DNA from: Octopus vulgaris
Taxonomy: Eukaryota
Direction: 5' to 3'
Assembly (NCBI GenBank): GCA_951406725.2
Contig: OX597817.1
Coordinates: forward strand, 106,764,001 to 106,828,000
DNA length: 64,000 bases
Under the pieces are notes generated by a model, which was given only the letters and a program-made list of their open reading frames with translations, was not told where the DNA came from and made no database searches. How positions within the stretch are numbered: the first letter of the stretch is position 1; each line of letters begins with the position of its first letter. Positions 25,334-38,785 of this stretch are shown here, piece by piece. The position numbers and the translations under genes are program-made.

Positions 25334-25527
25334 TGGTTTCAAATTTTGGCACAATGTTAGCAATTTCGGGGGGAGAAGGTAAGTTGATTACATCAACCCC
25401 AGGGCTCAACTGGTACTTATTGACCCTAAAAGGATGAAAGGCAAAGTTGAACTCAGAATGTAAAGACAAGCAAAATACTGCTGATCATTTTATCAAGTGT
25501 GCTAATGATTCTGCTAGTTCACTGCTT
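25334..25527 (-). mobile_element. SINE with conserved central domain (Deu/Nin-like); copies near 33117-33325(-), 49290-49430(-), 55930-56085(+)
   Basis: Minus strand reads aactttgcctttcatccttttagggtcaataagtaccagttgag; superfamily label is from recalled consensus. Confidence 0.65.
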
Positions 25528-26196
25528 AGAGTAGATGTAGACATATTAAAATTTTAATGTGAATGAGTTACTGTGCTATATATAATCTAGTGTCATAGAT
25601 TGGTTATAATTCAAAACAGCTTCACAGAAAACTAAATTGTGTTTATATATGTTTATCTATATGTTATTTATCTTAATTACAGGCACAGGTCATGGATGTG
25701 TGGTAAGAAGTCTGCTTCTCAACCAGATAATTCCAGGCTCAATCCCACTGCATGGAATCTTAGGCAAGAGTCTTCTGCTATAGCCCCTGGCCATCCAAAG
25801 CCTTCTAAATGGATCTGGTAGATGGAAACTGAAAGAAGCCTGGTTTTGTGAATGTGCATGTGTGTATATGTGTTTATACTCTACCACTGCTTGACAACTG
25901 GTGCTGGTTTGTTTGTGTTCATGTAACTTAGCAGTTTGGTGAAACAGATGATAGAATAAGTACCAGGCTTAAAAAAAAAGAGAAATAAAATTCTGGGAAT
26001 GATTCATTTGACTAAAGCCCTTCAAGGCAGTGCCACAGCATGGCTACAGTCCAATGACCAAAACAAATGTAAGATAAACAATAAAAGATAATTGCAAAAT
26101 TTATCTTCCAGCTACTCAACAGCAGAAATGAGTACATGGAAGTAAGTATGGTTACTGTGTTATCTCAAAATATCTAGTAACATGGCAAGCACTTAC

Positions 26197-26280
26197 CTTC
26201 TCCAAACACTTCTACTTTATTCAGTAATGAAGTAGCATTAACACTCTTATCAAGCAATTCTAAAGTACGGTTACCAGCAT
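26197..26280 (-). CDS. PROM1: Prominin-like exon E (84 nt, phase 1->1): DAGNRTLELLDKSVNATSLLNKVEVFGE
   Basis: ttttcattatcag/gtaagt sites; open frame with N-glycosylation sequons NRT and NAT. Confidence 0.87.
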
Positions 26281-27029
26281 CTGATAATGAAAAAGATAAA
26301 GTCTAAGTAGGGTCCTGTTAAATAAATGAATGAATATAAAATGTTTTCATTTCTCAATACCATTTATTCTAAATTGTATTTCAATGTACTTTGATGTACT
26401 TTCAATTTATATTTAAGTACAAAAAATTTGTATAACTTTTCATTTGTCTAACCTGTATATCTCTGGACTACATAAAAAACATTTTTATAAAATCATCAAG
26501 ACAGGTTTTAGACATGCAAAACCAAACTTACTAGAGAAAAGCAATTACATAAGAAAATAATTTTGAAAAGTTAACTGTAACATTAGTGAAATATGAAATA
26601 TTGTTTCCAGTACTAAAGAACACAGAGTATTATTGGCTTAGATGCTACGAAGAATAACTAAGGGAGACTACTTTGCATAGCATGAAATACTAGGTAGATA
26701 TCTGGGAGCCACTACACAGGCGTTTGATTTGCTAAAAGTAGCAACCAAATCTTCGCCAATCATACCCTACCATCTTGAGAAACAGAAAATATGTATATCT
26801 AAAACCTTTCCCAATGTAGTCTTGGACATACAAAAAGCCAGATTGGTCCCAGCTGAAATACCATTAATCTTAAGTGCACTCAACTGAGCCTGATCTAGAG
26901 ATAAATAATAAGGACAATTATGCAAGTAACACACACACACACACATCGTTTTATGTTTATTTTAACTTGAAAAGGTTTGTTTTATCAACTAACATTTTTA
27001 TGTTTCAGGTTCTATATGTGAGTTTAATC

Positions 27030-28028
27030 ATGCCACATAGAAAAGAGGCCTTAGGACTGTCCAAATCTGAAAGAAGCTGTATTGTGGTGAACTGAAGGTG
27101 AACATAGCATAAAATTGCAGAAAACCTTGGGATCCCACTTTTTACAGTTAATAGGGTGATTGTGCAATTCATCAGAAAAGGGAAGGAGTCCACCTCACCA
27201 AGGTCGATTGGAGCCCTCTGACAAGACCCTTTACTTGGAGGTTTAATCCTCGTTGCAAGGCCACTGACATAGCAGAACAAATTGATGTCAGTCCCAGAAA
27301 GAGTTGTCAGGTATCTCCATAAACTTGCCTATTATGACAGAGCAGTAAGAATGAAGTAACTTCTTTGACCAGCCAATATCAAGTGGAGAAAAGATTGGGC
27401 CAGTGAGGTGGTGGAGAGGCCACAAGCTTTTTGGGACACTGTCATATTCTCTGATGAGTCCAGATTTGCTGTATTTTCTGACAGTGGTTGAAAGTGGGTA
27501 TGGAGTCTCTGTGATCAAGAATTTGATGTGAAAAGGTTACAGCCATCAATGAAACACAACAAATATTCTGTGATGGTCTGGGGAGCAATTTAGAGCAATG
27601 GTCAATCAGAGCTGGTGGAGTGTGAAGGAAACACAAACTCAGATAAATATGTGTCCATATTGAAGAAAGGATTCCTTCCAAACTCTTCCAGCAGTGAAAT
27701 GATTAAAAAAGACTCTTTATTTATGGAAGATAGGATTCCTTGTCATATGACGAAAAAGACTCAATATTGGTTAGAAGAGAATGGCATTAAAAAGTTTCAA
27801 TGGCCAAACCAGTCACCAAATATGAACCCTATTGAACATCACTGGGACATAATGGACAGGTCACTTCATAAAAAGAACAAGAAAGCATCCTCAAAGCCAG
27901 ATCTTTTGAGATTACTACATGAAACTTGGCAAAAAATTCCCCAAGAGAATATTTGTAATCTGATTAGTAATATGCTTAATAGGGTCCTTACATTGAAAAA
28001 TGCAAAAGGTATGTTTACTAAATATTAG
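27030..28028 (+). pseudogene. Tc1-family (DD34E-type) transposase pseudogene
   Basis: HTH remnant then VIFSDESRF, SVMVWGAI, FMEDRIPCH and WPNQSPNMNPIEHHW motifs; internal stops and frameshifts. Confidence 0.92.
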
Positions 28029-28113
28029 ATATTCATATTTTAAAAAATAATTTAAATGTATAATTTCAGATTTAAATTAATTTTAACAATTATAAGGGTG
28101 TCACCTCTCTCTC

Positions 28114-28171
<58 letters not shown>

Positions 28172-30826
28172 AAAAACATCTCATGACACTGAAGCAATAA
28201 ATAATAGATTGAATAAGTGTTAAAATAGTGGAATGATCACTATGACAAAATATGAAGATAACAAGGTGTTGAATAATCAGCGAGCTGAAATAATAAGAGT
28301 TAAAGGCAGCTCAAGTGAGATTTTCAATAAGGTTGAATATGATTGTTTCTTTCACACAGGTTTTTTTTTCATGTTAAAATGGGCTGGATGAAAATTTTAT
28401 GGCCAGAGTTCTTGCTTAAGGGTTTTGCTCTGGCACCCCATAACAACCATCCTACCTTCTTCCCAGATCCTCTCACCTCCACACATAGTAGCAGAGTAAC
28501 CATGTATCTTCTCCACATCAAGATACCTGTGCTTGTCCCTGGAATAAAATCACCTCCTCACCCTCTCAAATAATCAATGACCTTACTAAGTCATGAGGGT
28601 TTTTTCCTCTCTTCTTGTTCTTTCCAGACTTGCAAGTTGGTTGGCAACCCCACTAGTGCCAGTGCCACAAAGCACCCAGTAAAGTGCATTTAGAAAGGGC
28701 ATCCAGCAAGAGAAAACCATGCCAAAGCAGATATGGAGCATAATGAAGCCCCGCAGCTAATCTTATCCTGTCAAACTAGCCAACCCTTGCAAGCACAAGG
28801 GGTGGACATTAAATGATGACACTCTTCTTGTTGCTAATCATCACTTGTTTTTCAAGTAATGAACTGTTTTTTTTATTCCAATCATCACAAGTTAAATTGA
28901 AAGGGCACAGAAACTCAGAATGTATTGTATACAGGGGATGCAAATGTAACAACACTGTTTTTGAGGAGGGTGGAGGATTCACACAAATGATTTCATGCAT
29001 AGACACATAGACTATAAACATTTATGCATATACATAACAAGTTTCCACATAGTTTCCATCTAGTATTTTCCCTTACAAGTATCATGTAGCCAGATAGAGG
29101 CTACATGACACTTGTCTAAGGTACCCTAGTGGGGTACAGCCCCAAACCACATGGCTATGAAGCAAACCTGTATATCTTTTATTGCATTACAACCATTTTC
29201 TCATACAGACACAGACGGGGTATTTTCCCCTAGAATTTTGACATTTATATAAAAAAACATGTTTAATGTTAGGCTGTATAACTAAAATATAGTTTTTGCT
29301 ATACAAAACTTATGGTGTGTTTCAAAGATGGCATTAGTAATGAAATTATTGCAATTTTGGACTTACTCTGACAACTTAAAACATTTTCTGAATTTTATAC
29401 CAAGATTATATATATATATTCTATATACAATATATAAGTTAAATAAATAGACTTCTGTTGGTTTCAACAAATAACATTTCAATTGTTTAATCAAGTGAAC
29501 TACCTAATCAATGAATTAGCATTTAAGTGGCTGAACATTTCATAGACATGTGTACTCCTAACCATTTAGCATTTAAACTGGTCATATCCAGCTCCAATAT
29601 TCTACCCATTTTATGTTCAAATCGACTAGGTCTGGCCTCTCACACCTACTCTACAATGTCATTCTAAAATTAAACTCACCAATTTTCTGAAGCTATGAAG
29701 AAATCCGTAATTAATTAAAAACAATGTGAATAAATAAGCATTATGCTTGACTGAGTAATCAAAGTGCTAAAGGGCTAATGTAATTCTCAGGGGGAATTAC
29801 TAGGACACAATGTGACAAAGCTGGACAAATTCATTACATGTACAATCTATGTAACAGTCTTCCACACAATTTCTAGCCGTCCAATTTCACTCAGAAAGTT
29901 TGGGAGAATCTGAGGCAATGGTAAAAGACACTTACCCAAGATGCCAGTACTTAGTGATCGTGAAAGTGAACTTCACAATCATTTCACCAGGCTATAACTA
30001 AAATACATAGATTTAATCCATCAGCCAGTTTAACCAACAGTACTTGGCTCAGATTATCTCTATTGGAGTCCAGATCATTAGAAGCACTAGGACTGATATC
30101 TAGTCTGAAGATAACTCGTTTCAGCAATTTCTTAATGGTTATCAAACTAAGACAGATATGTCAGTTAGCTCCCCTTTATGTGAGCTAAGACATTTTCAAT
30201 ATGGATACTTCTCTTTCAAGTTCATATAAACAAGATGATAAAAGGATGATTTCTACCAAGGTTACTTATACCAGATACACTACATGATGACAAAATATTC
30301 AGCAGTGCTCTCATATATAAATGACTAGATCATTAAACAAACTAAGTTCTTATATTCATCATCACCATCGAAAGCGAACGTTAAACGATGATGATGATGA
30401 CTATAAGAACCTCTATGTAGTAGTTTGACCTGCAGAAAATAGCAGATACACCTTACCTTTGAAGTGAACTTTGTACTTTGCTGGCAATTATTTTATTGGC
30501 CCTCCTATAAGCATGAAATTTATACCCAAAGGGTACAAAACTTTAGACACTTAATCTGATGCTCCAGTATTTACTTTAAAGAGTAAAAATGTTTTAAAAT
30601 TAAACATGGTAAAGTGTATGGTAAAATAATGAGGAAATGCCAGAAGTCCAGGATATAGGAACTTGATTTTGATAGCATAAATGGGAGACATTTTGAAAAA
30701 ATTATGAAAGGATTAAAGTAACATGTAATCCAACACTACATAAGTTATTAATGTCTGGCTATTAATGAAATGAACAAAACCTTCAGCATTTGTAGTTGTC
30801 ATATAAAAATTAAAAACGTTTCTTAC

Positions 30827-30893
30827 CATCAACTTCTTTTAATATTTTTTTCTCCAAAGATTTAGTTTCCGTTCGAGTAATAGTCTTTATATC
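30827..30893 (-). CDS. PROM1: Prominin-like exon D (67 nt, phase 0->1): DIKTITRTETKSLEKKILKEVD
   Basis: ttttatcaacag/gtaaga sites; open frame; phases match both neighbours. Confidence 0.85.
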
Positions 30894-32605
30894 CTGTTGA
30901 TAAAAAGAAACCCCAAAACTTTAGCTTCTGTCAACTCAATTATGTGATCAGGCTTCAATAGACAAGTATGTCTGATATTTTAATAAAACCATTAAAGTTT
31001 AAATTTTATTGTGTTTAATAGATTACTAGCGGACTGATAAGGAAAAGGCTGATACTTTATAGCTGAAATGCAAAACACAATAACTTAAATGTTTTCCTAT
31101 ACTAGAATGAAATAACTGTTTAGACAGGTGGGGAGGGAGGGAGAGGAGAGGAGAAAGAAATTGTGACCATTATGCTGTTCCTATATTAATAACACAAGTA
31201 GCTCCATCTGATAATCAAAACTGGATTGTAAACTTGGTTTACAAGGAATCTATTGCCACAAAAATTTCTTACACAGATATAAAGGCTCATATTTATAAGA
31301 ATGTTGAAATGAGATTATGAGAGATACATGGTTTTCTCAAATGAGTGAATGAATAAGGCTGTGAATGGATATCAACTTGATTTGATGAAGGTTTCACACT
31401 ACACTACAATGTCATTAATAAGAATAATTTCTAAGACTGGCTAAGGGCTACAATCTTTTGTAGGGGAGGAGAAAGAGGGGTATTGTTTCTCATAGGGAGG
31501 GTTGCAGTGATGGTTGAAAAAAGTAAGGAAAAAAATTGCAATATTTAATAAAAGTAATAAAACCATCATGAAAAAGGAATAATATGAATGCAAATTATTT
31601 TGTTTTCTCATTAATAAAAAGCTTGGGGGCAAAAATTTTACTAATTTTTGGGGGTGGGGGAACTGATCTTTGTTAGTCTCAGAACCACTCAAATTAACCC
31701 AAGGTACTCTATTTAAAAAAATAATAAATAATAATATAGACACAGGCATGGCTGTGTAGTTGAGAAGCTTGCTTCTCAAACATGCTGTCTTGAGTTCAGT
31801 CTCACTGATAGAATAAGTGGCAGATTTAAAAGTACTGTGGTCAATTTGTTCAATTAAACCCATGGCTGCAGTCCAATGACTGAAACAAGTAAAAGTTAGA
31901 CAAAGTATACTTTGCTTAAAATTAATACACATAGCTGATGACAAACCTAAACTACTTAACTATACGCTCACAGTTTTGTCCATGTTTATCTATGGGCAAT
32001 AACAGGAACCATCCCTCTGATCATCATAAAATATAATTATGGAATAATTATAATAATATGGAATAAAGGGTGTATAATGCACTAACAGACCTCCTAATGA
32101 AACTTGAAATTAAAGAGCTAATTTTATATAGCAATTTATCCCCGCTACTGAAAGTCATTGCTCATTACAGGGAATGAAAATACCATATCAATAAAAATAT
32201 AAACAAGAACATATATACAAGCTGAACAGAAAGAGAAATAAAATTCAATGCTCTTCTCAGACTATTCTTTTCTCTTCTCTCCAGACGTTTACCTCTATCC
32301 AACAAAGAGCCATACTTGAAACATCACACCCGCTATTTTCTCCATCTTAAACTTTCTCTGTTGACCTAATACATTCACTATGTATGTCCTTTGATTTTTG
32401 TTGTTTTTCCTGCTTTTTGTTGTCTCAATATATATATATTCTACCAATTATATACGTTTTTATTATTTTTTTTTTTTGCAATTTACTTAACCATTGATAT
32501 TTTATCGTTATTTTAATTTTAATACTTCTATTATATGTAATTTTCTAGATGGTGTAATTTAATCGTTCCTTTTGAATTGATAAAAGGTGGGGTTTTTCCT
32601 AATTT

Positions 32606-32636
<31 letters not shown>

Positions 32637-32723
32637 TATATATATATTATATTGTATGAAATTTGATTTAGTATTTCTAAATTGAATTTTTTTTCCCTCT
32701 AAGTTTGGATTTATATTCCCTCA

Positions 32724-32844
<121 letters not shown>

Positions 32845-35119
32845 CAACTTTAGATTCAAATCTACAGCTCCAGAAAACATGCTAAACATTGAGATTATGA
32901 GAGACCCTCTAAGTAGTTGCTCAAACTATCAGAAACAGCAGTTAAATATTTCTCAGATCACACCCTACCACCTTTGAAAAGAAAGGATCCACTTAAAATG
33001 TAGTCCTAAGAGTTTCCCCACAAAAACATGGCAGGGTCATTGTGAGAATACTTTGATCAAGGCTGATTCTCAGACTACACAGCAACAATGTCAACATTTG
33101 CTTTATAGCTTACATTGGTTTCAAATTTTGGCACAAGGCCAGCAATTCCAGGGGAGGAAGTAACTCTATATCAACCACAGTGATCAACTAGAACAGATTT
33201 TATAAAACCCCAAAAACATGAAAGGCAAAGTCGATCTCAACAGAATTTGAACTCAAAATGTTAGATGGCAAAATGCTATTATGCATCTGCCTCACATGCT
33301 AATGGTTGTACCAGCTTGCCACCCTCTTTATATCTTATATTAGCAAGAAATAACTTTGGCCTATGATTCAGAACAATATTCTAAATGGAAAAAGACTTAA
33401 TGGCATAAAGAAGTGAAATAGTAAATCTGTTTATCACTTTACTTATGTCATTCAATGGACTGCAGCCATGTTGGGACTCTGACTCAGAGTTTAGTCAAAC
33501 AAACTGACCCCAGTATTTTTTTTTTAAAGTCTGGTACGTATTCTATTGGTCTCTTTTGCCAAACCAGTAAGTTAAGGGGACATAAACAAACCAATATCAG
33601 TTGTCAAGAATGGTGGGAGGACACAGACACACAAACATTCTCACACACAAACATCAAACATCCACACAGTTTTTGTCTCCCATTGGTTGGCCCAGGGCTA
33701 TAGTAGAAGACACCTGCCCAACTAAGTGTCATGCCCAACTAAGTGTCATGCAATGAGACTGAACCTAGTACCATACAGTCATGCTTATATATCTTCGTAA
33801 AACCACCACCCTAACACATGCACACGCATACACACAAAGTTAATAAGCATTGATCCAATGTATTTGGGTCACAAAATGTTTTATCATCATCATCATCATC
33901 GTTTAACGTCCGCTTAAACGATGATGACGATGATGATGATAAAACATTTATTTCAGAATATTTATTTGCATCTGTAAACTGGGGCAGTTTAGGCAAGGGA
34001 CCTTGTGTAAGTCATTTACATTTTATAATATGACTTGTACAGTGAAAGCAATTTTATATAAATTTGGTACCAATCTAATATTGTGTAACAGTTTCCCTCT
34101 CAGGAAAGTTTCGCTTTATACAACACCTTTACTTTTCACACTTTTGTTTTATGCTCCCCTTACACCCTGACCTATTTTTAAAAATCCTTCCAAGTGATTT
34201 CTGAAGTTTTTCATTTGTGGCACTTCTCCAACTCAATAAAAGTTGGGTATTTTAAACATTAGATAAAGAATTATCAATTCTAATTCTCTTTGTGTGTGTG
34301 TGTGTGTAAAATCAACATGTAGATTTATTCAACAACCTACAGACTGATATAAATTTGTCAGTCTTGTTAGTGTGTATGTGTGTGTGTACGAATGCATGTG
34401 TTTCAGGGTGTCACTATACAAACAAATTTATTGATGAGCAATTTTTATGTCATTTGCAATGCTATATTTATGGAGCAATCAACAATAAAGGAAAATAGGA
34501 ATGTATGCAAACTGAAGCTTCACCACACCAGAGTTTTTAGTCATTTGGGACATTACAACATAAAGAAAAGAAAAAAACATTGACAATGACAAGATGAAAA
34601 GTTAAAATGACATGTTGATGGGTTTGTCAGGAAGAGAGATTGACAAAATTTTACAACCACACCTTTATGAAGCTATAACAACATATGGTTTTGACAGATT
34701 TCAGTGGATATGTCATGTTTAAAAGTTATCAAATAGCAAGGCAGAGTTGATATGGATGTAGTCAGAAGCAGCTGAATGAAGAACTATCATTGACTAAAGA
34801 CTGATAACCATATAAAAAATTGAACCTTGAAAGGTCACTTGAGTAGATAAGCTAGTATATGTATTATACTTAAAACTGATCTAAGGGAAACATAAACCAT
34901 TATTGTTTAACATTTATACCAACTAAACAACTAAGTTGAATCTTACAATTATGATTATGGTTTTTTTTGCATGTTTATTTTGGAAGAAAGAAGTCAAAAT
35001 TTGAAAAATGAGTGTAGGGAAATTGTTAGCTTAACAAAGTTAATTATTCTTTACAAAAAATGAGACAAAGCTGAAGAAACACTAAATATCAAAAATAGAA
35101 GGAAAAAAATAAAACTTAC

Positions 35120-35249
35120 TTTAATTGATTGATCCACGTAAGACTGCAGTGTGTTTGTTGTTTTGGAGAGATCTTGAACAACTCCAGTGTTATCAATAAA
35201 ACTCTTTTTATAGAGCTCATTTGTTATAAAGGTACAGACAACAGCAAAT
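35120..35249 (-). CDS. PROM1: Prominin-like exon C (130 nt, phase 2->0): FAVVCTFITNELYKKSFIDNTGVVQDLSKTTNTLQSYVDQSIK
   Basis: tttcag/gtaagt sites; completes TM2 with the prominin-like CxFxxN motif; phase-compatible. Confidence 0.92.
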
Positions 35250-36020
35250 CTGAAATAATTTTTTTTTTTTTCAAAAAAAAAAAGAAAGGAAAGAAAAAAA
35301 AAGCTGTTTTAGTATAGGTTATATTGTACATATTCAATAAAATAGAATTTATAATTATCACTAGTTTCATAAAAGAGAATCTCAGCCTTTACCAAGACAA
35401 TCATGGTCAGGTTCAAATGGAAATTTCCTTCAATCATTGATGTTATAACATGGTATAGGGATAGTTTTTACTGCTGATTGTAAGTTCCCCACAGGCAACC
35501 TTTAACTATTTTATGGGTGCTGGTGTGGCTGTGTGGTAAGAAGTTTGCATCCCAACCACATGGTTAAAGGAAGTATAGTTTTACTGTGTAGCACCTTGGG
35601 TAAGTGTCTTCTGGGCTAACAAAAGCCTTGTAAGAGAGTATTTGGTAGAGAGAACTGTAAGAAACCCAGTGTGTGTATTGTATATATGTCTGTCACTACC
35701 ACTTGATAACCAGTGCTGGTTTGTTTACATCCCCATAACTTAGTGCTTCAGCAAAAGAGACCCACAAAATAAGTATGAGGTTCAAAAATAAATACTGGGA
35801 TTAACTCATTTGACTAAAAACTCTTCAAGTTGACCACATTCCAATGACTGAAACAAATAGGATGTAAAAGATAAATCCAAAGTATTCCAGTCTTACAACT
35901 ATGAAACTTTGAAAAAAATTCCTAACTAGATTAATTGAAATCCATAATTGACAAGTTAGTAAAAGATGACACTCGGTCTATAAAATCAAAAATGAAATTG
36001 TGAAAAAGAATTATACTAAC

Positions 36021-36226
36021 AATATGATTGTATTCAAAATGACCAAACATGTAACATAAGTTCTTCTTTTATACCGGGCATTTTTGGGATCATATTTCAT
36101 GTGTCGTCCTCCACATCTGTTACAGCATCGACAACAGCAGAGACAACAGCCAATAAGGGGTATTAATATAATGAAGAGAATTCCAATGGCAACACAGATT
36201 GAATAACCAATGAAATACAGTACTAT
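36021..36226 (-). CDS. PROM1: Prominin-like exon B (206 nt): TM1, Cys-rich loop, start of TM2 (IVLYFIGYSICVAIGILFIILIPLIGCCLCCCRCCNRCGGRHMKY...LVILNTII)
   Basis: Diagnostic prominin motif PLxGCCxCCCRCCxxCGG after a hydrophobic helix; cattgcag acceptor, gttagt donor. Confidence 0.95.
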
Positions 36227-36606
36227 CTGCAATGATAAAATATGTATAAAATGATTCAATATTATTATTTAAATCATATCAAAATATGATCACTCTTTTA
36301 CCTTTCAATTCATCTTTACACAGCCATTTTCGCTCGTTTCATCTACACATTCCTCAGTTTCCTTCACTTCATTTCAGAATTCCTTCAAAAGCATATTTAA
36401 CTTCAAAGATATTTTACCTTTTAAGGTCCTGATATATATATATATACACACATATGCAAGACAAAGACAAATTGTAAAATACATATATTAAATAAATTAT
36501 TTACAAGTACTCTCATTTTCAATGCACTTGGCAGAAGTTGTTGTCCATTAATGATGATGACAAATGATTTTAAAAATGATTTAAAAAAAGCAAACAACTA
36601 AAACAC

Positions 36607-36671
<65 letters not shown>

Positions 36672-36851
36672 ATTTTCAGGATCCAATAGAATCAGGTATT
36701 TAGATAATAAAAGCACCAAGGTAGAGCCAGAGATAGTATGTCAGTGACCCCCCCCCCCATCTAAGTTACAGATGGAAAAATCCCATCTGTAACCTTGATG
36801 GGAGAGTCAATCTTACACTAGGAATACTAAGTGTTAAATTTTTATTCTTAA

Positions 36852-36937
36852 TTCACCTGAAGAAAACTTTTTTTATTTGCATGATGTAACACTTTTGTTG
36901 ATTAAGAAAAGAACACCTCTGAAACAGCTGTAGTGAA
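36852..36937 (+). ncRNA. Degenerate minimal type-I hammerhead-ribozyme-like motif (Penelope-associated type)
   Basis: ttcac-CTGAAGA-[57 nt]-GAAAC-agct-GTA-gtgaa; helix I and palindromic helix III present, helix II poor. Confidence 0.45.
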
Positions 36938-37606
36938 CCCCAACCCATCTGTGTTATTGTTATATATGTTACATGTTAAGGTATGCTGGTCTGTGGAGTG
37001 CTCAACCACTTGCACATTAATTTCACAAGCAGGTTGTTTTGTTGATCAGATCAACTGGAACCCTCATCATTGTAATCAAGGGAGCACCAATCTTTCATGC
37101 TATAACTTGCAGTGAATAAATACTATACAACCAAGTGCATTGATTTGCCTGAGAGGTGGAAGGGAGGCTATAACACTGCTGGGATGACCCTGAGGTAAAA
37201 CACATCAACTTGAACTCATCATATCTATGCACTATATTTGAAACCAAATTGCAGCCACAGCTTTCTGCAATTAAAGTGAAACACTGGTGTTTTGAAATTA
37301 CATTCATATTTGATTATTCATTTCATTTTCTCTGTATACCTGTATTTTACAACTTTGCAAAGCTTAACTTTGACTTAAATTCTCTAATATGAATGTACTT
37401 GTCAATGAGCTACATGCATCTACAGATGATCTTTTATCTTTTGTTTCAGTTGGTAGAGTGTGACCATGCAGGGGCACCACCTTGGAGAATCTTTTATTTG
37501 AATGAACTGATTCCAGCACTTATTCTATTGGTCACTTTTACTGAACCACTAGGTTACAGCAATGCAAACACACCAGCACTGGTTGTCAAGTGGTGGCAGG
37601 GGACAG

Positions 37607-37676
<70 letters not shown>

Positions 37677-38723
37677 CACATATATATATACACAAATGGG
37701 CTTCTTTCAGTTTCCATCTACCAAATCCACTCAAGGTTTTGGTCAGCTTGAGGCTATAACAGAAAACACTTCCCTGAGGTGTCACACAGTGGAACTGAAC
37801 CTGAAGCAATGTGGCTGGGAAGCAAAAAAAAAAATTCTTTACATATAAAATAGGATACTTAACTTTGATTGAATTAGAACTTTCACTATTTCTATATGAA
37901 CAGTAATTACTCAATAAAAAAAAAGCAAAAACAATCTGTTAGTTTGCTCTCATATGGAAAATAGTATGTTGATTTAATAATACAACATTATATTATTTGA
38001 TTCCTAGGGGATCCTACCCCTCTCATACACAATGCTATTTTAGTAATATAGATTACCCAGACCAAGAGGCCTAAGTTTCATGACTCCTTCAGCAATCATT
38101 ATTAGAGGTATTGTTGTGAAAAAGCATGAAACTTAAAACATTCAGCTCTGAGTAATATATATACATTTTAATATATGCATTTCATAATTTGTTTTTCTGT
38201 GTCTCATTGTTTACTAATTTTTATACCAAAATTATTGCATCTCGTTAAACACAATATGAAGGTCATGATCTAGTTTGGGAAATATTCAATTACGCACAAA
38301 CATAGATGATAATTTAAGTCTCCATATGGCTTTGGGGATTTCAAAAATAGTATAAAAATTGTTTTCTTCTTGTCTTGGCATTTCAGGAGTCAAACAAACA
38401 ATTTACATTTTTCCCAAAAGAGTATCAGCACACACAAAAAAAAAAAGAAAAGAAAACTGCATCAACTAAGAAACACCACCTAACCAGAAAGTGGTTTCTT
38501 CTACAATCTACATAAATTACTAAACAGGATATTTACAGCCAATAATGATCTCAAATAACACTCTATTAATTGTGAAATAAAGGATGTAAATAGTTCCCAA
38601 CTAAGCTAATTAGAAAATAGACTTCATGAAAGAGAAAAATATTGTTTACAAGGGAAGGGAATGGAGAATGAATTATAAATTATTGTAAAGTATATTTCCA
38701 TCCATTAGAAAAGACCAACTTAC

Positions 38724-38785
38724 TTTCTTCACATCATTCAGTTCTTTATTTTGGTAGGCATTATCACTTGCAAGTCTATGCACAT
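38724..38785 (-). CDS. PROM1: Prominin-like exon A (62 nt, phase 1->0): (x)VHRLASDNAYQNKELNDVKK
   Basis: tttttttttcag acceptor and gtaagt donor; joins in frame to the TM1 exon. Gene symbol denotes family-level homology only. Confidence 0.8.

Noticed and set aside
30457-30480. 24-nt frame-preserving cryptic exon on the minus strand (AKYKVHFK)
   Set aside because: The acceptor lacks a pyrimidine tract and the donor appears to derive from the adjacent 200-bp repeat; the model does not need it.
31441-31944. Longest ORF in the track (167 aa), and similar ORFs at 2554, 19364 and 37393
   Set aside because: They run through SINE, LINE-UTR or low-complexity sequence, with no recognisable domain or splice support.
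32295-32330. Second possible hammerhead remnant (ccaacaaagagccatacttgaaacatca)
   Set aside because: The CUGAnGA core is not present.
36417-36428. Short AG-GT candidates between exons A and B, where vertebrates have a small alternative exon
   Set aside because: This one is 11 nt and frameshifts; the 12-nt one near 36302 encodes a stop.
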